A stretch of DNA of 64,000 nucleotides from positions 9,649 to 73,648 of the forward strand of contig JAGBBQ010000033.1 in NCBI GenBank assembly GCA_017938425.1. The letters run 5' to 3'. A program made the position numbers and the translations under genes. How positions within the stretch are numbered: position 1 is the stretch's first letter; each line of letters starts with the position of its first letter. This DNA comes from Clostridia bacterium. GTDB taxonomy: Bacteria; Bacillota; Clostridia; Oscillospirales; CAG-272. This document shows positions 6,963 through 13,931 of this stretch, one piece after another. A model generated the notes under the pieces. That model had not been told where the DNA came from. It did not search any database and saw nothing but the letters and a program-made list of their open reading frames with translations.

Positions 6963-7862
6963 TTACAGCAGCTCGTGATAGAGATATTCCGACAACCTTA
7001 CCGTATCTGAATATTTTTCAAAAACAAAACTAACAGACATATTTTCTGCTTCAGCAGAAACATCAACGTAAAATATATCCCCACAAAGATTTCTCAAAGA
7101 TTCGACAAGAGTCCCATCAGATTTACACATATAAACATTGCAAGACATATCACTATCAGAAAGGTCTAGCTTATAAACGGCAACGTCGGAACAATCCAAT
7201 TTCAAAATAGCATGTCCAGGATCACTTACGACAGTAATAGGACTAAGATGAGAAACGTCCAGTCCAGTGAAAAACATGTTATTCTGATTCGCATATACCT
7301 GAACAATGTCGCCCATTGATTCATTATAAACCAAAACTTGTTCAAACAAGTCTTGCTGTAATTCTGCCTGATCTCTTGCTACCTCAATCTTGATCGACTT
7401 CTTGTACTTCGAGATCTCCCACAATTTGATCTCAAAGTCTTTGATTGCCTTACCATCTTCATCGGTCTGGCTCGGATAAATTACAACACGCGCATAAACG
7501 GCTGCACCGGGAACACTGCCAACCATCTTTACAGATGCCCCCAGCTTATCGGTTGCGCCGAGATAGATCTCATCCTCGTTATACCAAAAGACCTGGTACT
7601 GAGAGGTATTATCAAAACCGGGAATGACCTTCAACCCCTTACACTCGAAGAGATCTTCCGTCACGATCGACGTCTTTCCCTTTACGTATGTACCGTCAGC
7701 CTCATTCAGCGCGCCACGCGTAAAGGCTGCAGCGCCGATCGTTTTGGTATCATTCCTGGCAAAGGCGATAACGCCGCCGATAGCGCCGAGAACAAGCGCT
7801 ACAACAAGGATCGTGGAGATCACGGATCCGACTCTTTTATTTTTTCTGAACTTTTTACTCAT
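6963..7862 (-). CDS. 299-aa N-terminally membrane-anchored protein
   Basis: MSKKFRKNKRVGSVISTILVVALVLGAIGGVIAF acts as a signal anchor. RBS GAAAGGAA precedes it. No family was recognised. Confidence 0.55.
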   Translation of the reverse strand: MSKKFRKNKRVGSVISTILVVALVLGAIGGVIAFARNDTKTIGAAAFTRGALNEADGTYVKGKTSIVTEDLFECKGLKVIPGFDNTSQYQVFWYNEDEIYLGATDKLGASVKMVGSVPGAAVYARVVIYPSQTDEDGKAIKDFEIKLWEISKYKKSIKIEVARDQAELQQDLFEQVLVYNESMGDIVQVYANQNNMFFTGLDVSHLSPITVVSDPGHAILKLDCSDVAVYKLDLSDSDMSCNVYMCKSDGTLVESLRNLCGDIFYVDVSAEAENMSVSFVFEKYSDTVRLSEYLYHELL

Positions 7863-7944
7863 TTCAAAATTCCTTTCTTTTTATATTTGTTAAATTCTTT
7901 AAAGATCATTATGAGGGCCGTCACGAATGCGCATCCTCATTTCT

Positions 7945-8868
7945 TCACCCCTCTTCTGCACCTTCGGAGGAAGGTATGTTGTAGAGGACAGATCTGTCCT
8001 TGAGGAATGCCTGGATAAATGCGTCGTTATCGGATGCCGGGCGGCTGGATGAGGCGCCCTCGAAGATGCCGCCAAACTCGTAAAAGCCGAAGTCTGTAAC
8101 GTTAAAATATGATGCGTTTTCTGCAGTGTTGAAATTGCACCGAAACGACTCAAAGGAATACGTATCATACGCATTCGATATGCTTGCAGCTAAGCATTGA
8201 GACGAAAAAATACGTCCGTCAAGATAAAGATCGAACCAGAAATCATACACACCGTCGTGGTGGATCGGTCTAACAACGTACGTAAGACGGACCTCTCCAG
8301 ACTTTTCAATACTGTTTGCACCTTCCCGGATCGTGAAAGATCCACCGGGCGAAACGTTTTGCAGAATGTTGGGACCGAGTACCCAAACCGTCCCTTGATC
8401 AGACATCATCTTGATCTCGAGCTTCATTGACGGTAAATAAAGAATTTCTTCATTCCCGGCATGCAAAGTGAGATCAAGAATATATCCGTGCTCGTTCAAC
8501 ACAGCGGCTTTCTTATTCGAATCCGCAGCACAAAAGCACACGTACGAAAATGGTGTTGTAGGATCTATCGCGTTACAAAAATAACCGTTGCTTTCTGCAT
8601 CGAAAACGATATCACTGTTGTTATGGAGATAGATAGTACCGCTCTTCGCTTCTACAGCATATACCGTTTCAAAATACGCTCCGGGAAGGGCCTCTTCCGT
8701 TCCGGGATCTTCGGTCCCGGGAGCATTCACACCGGGAACGGAAGGTGAGGACGTTTTCCCAGGCGAAGAAGACGGAGTCCGAAACAACGTAGAGACAAAG
8801 CCCAGGGCCGCAACAACCGCCAAAAGCACCGCAACCACCTTTAAAAAATTCGATATTTTTAAACTCAT
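7945..8868 (-). CDS. 307-aa N-terminally membrane-anchored protein with a Pro/Ser/Gly-rich linker
   Basis: The start MSLKISNFLKVVAVLLAVVAALGFV is preceded by AGAAGGTGA. The linker is TPSSSPGKTSSPSVPGVNAPGTEDPGTEE. Confidence 0.55.
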   Translation of the reverse strand: MSLKISNFLKVVAVLLAVVAALGFVSTLFRTPSSSPGKTSSPSVPGVNAPGTEDPGTEEALPGAYFETVYAVEAKSGTIYLHNNSDIVFDAESNGYFCNAIDPTTPFSYVCFCAADSNKKAAVLNEHGYILDLTLHAGNEEILYLPSMKLEIKMMSDQGTVWVLGPNILQNVSPGGSFTIREGANSIEKSGEVRLTYVVRPIHHDGVYDFWFDLYLDGRIFSSQCLAASISNAYDTYSFESFRCNFNTAENASYFNVTDFGFYEFGGIFEGASSSRPASDNDAFIQAFLKDRSVLYNIPSSEGAEEG

Positions 8869-8911
8869 AATCACAATCACCTTCTATGTAATCCTAAAAA
8901 AACAAATACAA

Positions 8912-10090
8912 TCAACCCGAACCACCGCCTTTATCCCGTATTATAAAGCCGTTTCGGATCATCCTGGCAAGGCGTTCCGCATTCTCTTTTTCCTTATGCC
9001 ATGTCTCTCTTTTCAGCACCACGGCATTATGTAAAGTGCGATAATCCTCTCGGAGATCTGTTAAGAACTCCAATTCTTCAACGCTATCGATCTCACGCCA
9101 TCCGTCAACATCCGTTTCGGATTGTTTTATCCGCGTTTCGACCTCACTGATCAAACGTTTGTACTTTGGATTCTTTGGCGCCGGTGCATTTCGGATCATC
9201 TCGAGGAAGCCTTCCTCGCTATGAATCCGCATCAATGTCTTTATGCTTCCGACAGGCTGTGTCATTACGTAGCGCTCACAGGCGGAAAGATTATACTCAA
9301 CGCCCGGCTTCGACCAAACCGAAACCGCATTCACATCTCCGAGAAAACGCTCCCACCATTCTTGAACAGGCCAGCGGCGTTTATTGCTATCCTCCGTCGG
9401 AACTCGGAAGGAAAGATAATTCTTGAGCACACCGAGATAGAGGACGTTCACGCTTTGATGCTCTAACTGTGCTACAAATCCGTAAGCATTCGTATCCTTG
9501 AGCTGCAGCTCGCATCGGATCCAATGCACCTGCTCTTTATCATATCCGCGCTCTGCTGCTTTATCGTAAATACGGATAAAGACGTTCGATTGCTTTGATC
9601 CGAAATAAGCAGCGTTTCCGCCGTTCGAGTAAATGCTTTGCCAACGGCTCGTCCGGGCCACAAAATGCTCGAGGCGCGTTTCCTCGCACACCTCGTCGAT
9701 ATCGAAAACGCCCGTCATATCATCGAATGCAATATCCATACGTGTCATATGTATATTTTTCGGATCCGAACGAACCAAACGAAAAAGCGTTTCGTAATCG
9801 CCTGTGCCGTACGTTTCAAACGCGCGGCATCCTTGGCCTGACATCTCAAGCCAAATAAACTCTCCGGCCGAGCCTTGAAAATCAGGCTCGTTAAAGTGAA
9901 TGGAGATTCCATTGAAGTATTGGCGCCATCGAAATCCCTTAGAACCCGATACCGTTTCAAAGGGACAGTTTTCAAGACCAAGCAGCCGAACAAGATCAAC
10001 GACCGTGTGCTTACGAGTAGTAAAAGAGACCCAGTCTATCAGAATCCTGTTTTTCTTGGGAACATCGGGCAAAATCCCGGAATCCTGCAT
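8912..10090 (-). CDS. Rolling-circle replication initiator, Rep_trans family (PF02486-like)
   Basis: Family-typical blocks are LIDWVSFTT, IWLEMSGQGCR, MTRMDIAFDD, AAYFGSKQSNVFIRIYDK and WIRCELQLKD. Confidence 0.85.
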   Translation of the reverse strand: MQDSGILPDVPKKNRILIDWVSFTTRKHTVVDLVRLLGLENCPFETVSGSKGFRWRQYFNGISIHFNEPDFQGSAGEFIWLEMSGQGCRAFETYGTGDYETLFRLVRSDPKNIHMTRMDIAFDDMTGVFDIDEVCEETRLEHFVARTSRWQSIYSNGGNAAYFGSKQSNVFIRIYDKAAERGYDKEQVHWIRCELQLKDTNAYGFVAQLEHQSVNVLYLGVLKNYLSFRVPTEDSNKRRWPVQEWWERFLGDVNAVSVWSKPGVEYNLSACERYVMTQPVGSIKTLMRIHSEEGFLEMIRNAPAPKNPKYKRLISEVETRIKQSETDVDGWREIDSVEELEFLTDLREDYRTLHNAVVLKRETWHKEKENAERLARMIRNGFIIRDKGGGSG

Positions 10091-10092
10091 AA

Positions 10093-10140
10093 CTACCCCC
10101 CTACTCGTACGTTCTACCCCCCTGTTAGCCAGAGGGGGTA
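10093..10140. repeat. Iteron-like repeats immediately upstream of rep
   Basis: CTACCCCCCT occurs at 10093-10102 and 10114-10123, a 21-bp period. An inverted partial copy AGAGGGGGTA lies at 10131-10140. Confidence 0.8.
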
Positions 10141-10177
10141 AACGGAATTTTGTACTTTTTCAAAAATCCGTACCGCT

Positions 10178-10525
10178 TTAATTGTTCGGCTTTGATGCCG
10201 GATCTTTACTTCTGACAAACGATATATCGTCCGCCAGGATCTCAACGGCATAATGCTTTTGCTGCTGATCATCCGTCCATGTTCGCTGCTGCAGGCGCCC
10301 TCTGACAAACATCGGCTCGCCCTTGCTGAAATACGCCGCCACAAACTCTGCTTGCTTCTCCCAGGAAACCACGTTGAAGAAATCAACATCTTGCTGTCCT
10401 TCCTTAGCAAATGGTCTATTCACCCCTAAGGAGAAGCTGCACACGGATTTGCCGGCTGCCGTTTTCTTCAGCTCTGGATCTTGTGTAAGATTTCCGATAA
10501 GTAGCACCTCGTTTAATGTTGCCAT
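10178..10525 (-). CDS. ssb: Single-stranded DNA-binding protein, OB domain only (115 aa, no acidic C-terminal tip)
   Basis: MATLNEVLLIGNLTQDPELKKTAAGKSVCSFSLGVNR...FFNVVSWEKQAEF...RGRLQQRTW. RBS AAAGGAGA precedes it. The protein ends ...SKDPASKPNN. Confidence 0.85.
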   Translation of the reverse strand: MATLNEVLLIGNLTQDPELKKTAAGKSVCSFSLGVNRPFAKEGQQDVDFFNVVSWEKQAEFVAAYFSKGEPMFVRGRLQQRTWTDDQQQKHYAVEILADDISFVRSKDPASKPNN

Positions 10526-10552
10526 CCTATCTCCTTTCTCGTCATTCGACGG

Positions 10553-10580
10553 TTTTTTGCCGCCTCGAGGCGGCAAAAAA
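10553..10580. repeat. 28-bp perfect palindrome TTTTTTGCCGCC-TCGA-GGCGGCAAAAAA
   Basis: Read directly. It lies 28 nt upstream of the ssb start. Neither strand has a 3' T-run outside the stem, so it is not a standard terminator. Confidence 0.85.
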
Positions 10581-10665
10581 AATATTGCTTGAGCAGATTT
10601 CTTAACCGAAACCTATTCAAACAATATTATAAACAACGGAACTATGTAAAAAAGCAATAAAAGCC

Positions 10666-10694
10666 TTGACTTGCCGAAATTTTTATGATATAAT
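10666..10694 (+). promoter_or_regulatory. Consensus extended -10 promoter (TTGACT-17-TGaTATAAT) pointing into the 3' end of int
   Basis: TTGACT is at 10666-10671, TG at 10686-10687, and TATAAT at 10689-10694. Confidence 0.65.
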
Positions 10695-10703
10695 GACTTC
10701 ATT

Positions 10704-10745
10704 AAAGACATCTATTGTAATAATCGGTGTCTTTTTCCTTTTTAT
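10704..10745 (+). terminator. Hairpin plus T-run about 10 nt downstream of the predicted start site of the 10666 promoter
   Basis: AAAGACA (10704-10710) pairs with TGTCTTT (10728-10734), followed by TTCCTTTTT. The T-run is on the plus strand only. Confidence 0.55.
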
Positions 10746-11680
10746 AAAAGCCTTCCGAGGCGATTCATCATTTCCCTTTTATGCTCGATCAAGGAATGCG
10801 CATACCGATTGAGCGTTACCGTCGGATTTTTATGGCCGAGGAGCTCGGAAAGCGTTTTCACGTCCATTCCGCATTCCACCGCGCGCGTCGCGAACGTATG
10901 CCGCAAGGAATGAAACCCGCGATGCGGAACGTTCAGCTTTTTGAGCAGGGTGGAAAAGCTGCGCTGATAGGACCTGATCGAAATCGGGTTTTTGCCGTTT
11001 GATACAACGTGTATCGAGCGGCTCTTTTTCTTTTCCTCCCGCAGGCGCAGCATCAGCTGCCTCGGGATCGGTATGGTGCGGACGGAGGATTGCGTCTTCG
11101 GAATATCGATGATCCTTCTGAATACGCCTTTTTCGTCCTTTCCGTAATGACAGGACTTATTCACCTGGAGCTCTCCTTTTTTCATATCGATATCCGCCCA
11201 TTCTAGTGCCAGCAGCTCGCCGATGCGCAGTCCCGTATACAGGCAAAGCAGAACGCCGAAAAGCCTCGTGCCTTTCTCGTTCAGAATATATTGCTCGATC
11301 TTTTTTTGCTCGATAACGGAAAAGCATTCGATGCGCTTTTCACTTGTTCGCGGCCGCTTGATCCTATCTCCGCTGTATTCTTCGGTCAAGCCAAGCGAAT
11401 GCGCTGTTTTCAAGGTGCTTTGTATGACCGTAATGATCGTATTTACCGAGTTGACCGAAAGCCCCTTCCCCGTTCTCAGATTACCGACCTGCAACAATTT
11501 CGTAACATAGCATTGGAGCGCATACGGCGTTATCTCGGTCAATTCCAGATCGCCGAGCTGTGCCGCTATGTGCTGCTTCACGATCTCCTCATAGCGCGCA
11601 TAGGTCCGCATTTTCGACGACGGCTTCACATAATTTCCGAGCCAATCCGATAACCATTCTCTGTATAACATTTTTTCCAC
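10742..11680 (-). CDS. int: Tyrosine recombinase / phage-type integrase
   Basis: 312 aa with an N-terminal SAM-like domain. The C-terminal catalytic region is RTGLRIGELLAL...HSLRHTFATRAVECGMDVKTLSELLGHKNPTVTLNRYAH. Confidence 0.9.
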   Translation of the reverse strand: MEKMLYREWLSDWLGNYVKPSSKMRTYARYEEIVKQHIAAQLGDLELTEITPYALQCYVTKLLQVGNLRTGKGLSVNSVNTIITVIQSTLKTAHSLGLTEEYSGDRIKRPRTSEKRIECFSVIEQKKIEQYILNEKGTRLFGVLLCLYTGLRIGELLALEWADIDMKKGELQVNKSCHYGKDEKGVFRRIIDIPKTQSSVRTIPIPRQLMLRLREEKKKSRSIHVVSNGKNPISIRSYQRSFSTLLKKLNVPHRGFHSLRHTFATRAVECGMDVKTLSELLGHKNPTVTLNRYAHSLIEHKREMMNRLGRLL

Positions 11681-11699
11681 TTCCTTTGATATAAAAATA

Positions 11700-11738
11700 T
11701 AGCAGTAGCCATCAATTTTAGTATGATAGCTACTGCTA
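11700..11738. repeat. Inverted repeat TAGCAGTAGC-N19-GCTACTGCTA upstream of int
   Basis: The 10-bp arms are at 11700-11709 and 11729-11738, 20-58 nt upstream of the int start. Confidence 0.8.
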
Positions 11739-11819
11739 ATATTATATCATTTATCCTGCAAAAAGCGCGGCAATGAGATGCGACCCGTGCGGTGCGTATT
11801 TTTTTCGGGAGCTTTTTTG

Positions 11820-13820
11820 TTAAAGAAGCAAAATAAAGCATCCGCCCTGCACGGTGCGCGCACGGAAGCTGCGCCAGGTTCCCTCTGTCGTGAAATACCA
11901 ATCCGAGAAGGGCACGCGCGTTTTGCTTTCGCTGAGAAAGCGCGCAAGAGGCGCGATGAGGGCCTTCTTCTTTTCAACGGAGTCCGTAAGAGATGCCGCC
12001 CAGACGAGCCAATCGCTCTTCGTATAATCCTCACGGCTATCGAGGGGCGTTCCGTAGCGGTTGGATCTCGCGATATAGGCATCCACCTCACGCTCGCGGC
12101 ATTCGTCGCTGAACAGACCGAAGCCGAGGATCTTGTCAAACGCCATATTGTATTTGAGGCTGAAGGTCGTATCGTCCGAATCGAAGGTGAGCGGAATATG
12201 CGAATACTGCTCACCGAAGGCCATTATATCATCTGCAAATTCCTTCGCGATCTTTTGGTATTTTTCTCCGTTCTCACCCGTGGCTTCAAGAAGCGCGGCA
12301 TACGACGCGATACCGACCGCGGCCTTGATGGCAAGATTGACATTGTTCTTCAAATGCCCTGCAAAATCATCCGTGCAAAGCTGGGTATCGGGACGAAGGC
12401 CGTACTTCACAAGATATTCCACCCAAGCGTCAAAATGCACGCGGTTTTCGCTGAAAATGCGATAATCACCGTCCGCCTTGCAGGCCGCACAGCACATGAT
12501 CAGCATATTCGCGCATTCCTCGACGGGCATTTGTTGATCGAAAAGATATGCATCGTAGCTTTCGGAATAGAGATAATACGGCGGACGGGTTTGCGGAGCC
12601 CCTTGTTTCCAGATCTTATGACTGTTGCCATGATACCTGCTCGTTTCGTTGGCAAGACCGTAGACCTGGCCGTTTGCGAGCGGAAACGTGCCGACGTCAT
12701 GCGGCGCAAAATCGTATTTCCAGACGGGATACGAGGCAAATTTGAGGATCGGGCGCATCATACCGCGCACAAGCTCGGGCGCGTAAAGGAGATAGAGCGG
12801 GATCGAGGGGTAGCTGACGTCCACCGTACCGATACAGCCGTTGGAATTGCATTCCTTCGAAAAGAAAAGGATATTGCCATCCTTATCCCTTACGAGAGAA
12901 TGCCCCGCAATGCTCTGGCGAAGGGATGCTATGAGGATCCTGTAATACTCCTCGCCGTAGGGCGCGGCCTTTTCCTTAAGATCCGCTTCAAAATCGGCGA
13001 GAATTTCGTGGATCGATGCCGTATTTTCCAACGTGTACTCGATCGCCTCGATCACCGTGTGATCCTCCAGATAATAGCCCTTCAGGAAGGACTCGAAATA
13101 CTGCACGGCAAGACTGTTATCGAAGGCAAGGACGAGGCTTCCCTTCTTTTTTTCGCTGCTTGCACCAATAAACAGAATATCCTGCGACGCGCAGCTGACG
13201 GAGCCTCTGCCGATATAAGAAGCAAGCCCCTCCTCATCCAGGACGAAGGCCGTATCCCCCGCAGCGTACCAATAGCCATAGTCCGCACCGATCAGATCCT
13301 CGGCATTCGCGAGAAGCAGCTGGCGCGCAAGTCCGACGAACGCCGCCGCGCCGCCCTTTACGTCGGTAACGCCGCTATATACGTCAGTATCCGCGGCGGT
13401 GCTTATATTATAACAGATCCCCTTGCCAACAACGAGCGAGATCTCTGCCGTCTCCGCGCCGAAGACCTCATACTCCATATAACACGCAGGCATAGAAAGG
13501 AGCGATAGATCCGAAAACGGCAGAGGAGATACAAAGCGTACTGCAAGGCGCGCCTTGCCAAGCGCAAATTCATAGCGGGTGGAAAAGGCATCCACGGAAA
13601 GCGCGGTCTGCTTTGCGGCTACGAGCCCCATTTTCTCATAGGCTGCTACGTTACCGAAAAAGCCGTACGCCACACCGTCTACGCGTGCGATACCGAGCAT
13701 CGGCTTACGCTCGCCCCACCACATTACGGGATCATTCTCATTCAGGATCTCGCCGTCACACCAGACGGAAAAATAAGGATCCTTGACAAACAGGGGATAT
13801 GCGGGCAAAAGCTGTTTCAT
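11820..13820 (-). CDS. Glutaminase-A-like (DUF4965/DUF1793-type) putative glycoside hydrolase, 666 aa
   Basis: The size and blocks such as YPLFVKDPYFSVW, AADTDVYSG, CNSNGCIGTVDVSYPS and YGTPLDSR resemble the bacterial GtaA-like family. This is recognition by eye only. Confidence 0.55.
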   Translation of the reverse strand: MKQLLPAYPLFVKDPYFSVWCDGEILNENDPVMWWGERKPMLGIARVDGVAYGFFGNVAAYEKMGLVAAKQTALSVDAFSTRYEFALGKARLAVRFVSPLPFSDLSLLSMPACYMEYEVFGAETAEISLVVGKGICYNISTAADTDVYSGVTDVKGGAAAFVGLARQLLLANAEDLIGADYGYWYAAGDTAFVLDEEGLASYIGRGSVSCASQDILFIGASSEKKKGSLVLAFDNSLAVQYFESFLKGYYLEDHTVIEAIEYTLENTASIHEILADFEADLKEKAAPYGEEYYRILIASLRQSIAGHSLVRDKDGNILFFSKECNSNGCIGTVDVSYPSIPLYLLYAPELVRGMMRPILKFASYPVWKYDFAPHDVGTFPLANGQVYGLANETSRYHGNSHKIWKQGAPQTRPPYYLYSESYDAYLFDQQMPVEECANMLIMCCAACKADGDYRIFSENRVHFDAWVEYLVKYGLRPDTQLCTDDFAGHLKNNVNLAIKAAVGIASYAALLEATGENGEKYQKIAKEFADDIMAFGEQYSHIPLTFDSDDTTFSLKYNMAFDKILGFGLFSDECREREVDAYIARSNRYGTPLDSREDYTKSDWLVWAASLTDSVEKKKALIAPLARFLSESKTRVPFSDWYFTTEGTWRSFRARTVQGGCFILLL

Positions 13821-13841
13821 ATTCTTTTCCTCCGATTTTTA

Positions 13842-13870
13842 TTGACTATTCCCTTTACTTGTATTATAAT
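13842..13870 (+). promoter_or_regulatory. Consensus promoter TTGACT-17-TATAAT for the AraC-family gene
   Basis: TTGACT is at 13842-13847 and TATAAT at 13865-13870. The track ORF start at 13842 is therefore non-coding. Confidence 0.65.
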
Positions 13871-13931
13871 ATTATTGAAAGGCAAAAACAATGGAAAATT
13901 TGAGCATATAGGTGTAAAATATCGTCATATA

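Larger units (their letters stand above)
1451..11774 (-). mobile_element. Integrated ~10-kb element (integrase + SSB + Rep_trans + exported proteins + membrane NTPase); candidate inovirus-like prophage or novel transfer element; boundaries provisional
   Basis: The gene content is listed in the individual features. All genes but one are on the minus strand. The central part is more AT-rich by eye than the flanks. A 10-bp inverted match lies at 1451-1460 and 11765-11774. No att direct repeats were identified. Confidence 0.6.

Noticed and set aside
10526-10576. N-terminal extension of the SSB ORF (MPPRGGKKPSNDEKGDR...)
   Set aside because: It is translated through the 28-bp palindrome. The ATG at 10525 has a strong AAAGGAGA RBS and gives the canonical SSB N-terminus MATLNEV.
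11778-13508. 576-aa plus-strand ORF and similar long ORFs at 30358..32277, 34373..35752, 39110..41119, 50531..51754, 51934..53643, 61190..62722 (+) and 54834..55907, 53964..54692, 37859..38479 (-)
   Set aside because: Each lies antisense to a gene with strong family signatures (glutaminase-like, mutS2, phoH, pnp, uxaA, uxaB, parC-like, thrS, M55 peptidase). None has a plausible RBS or start context.
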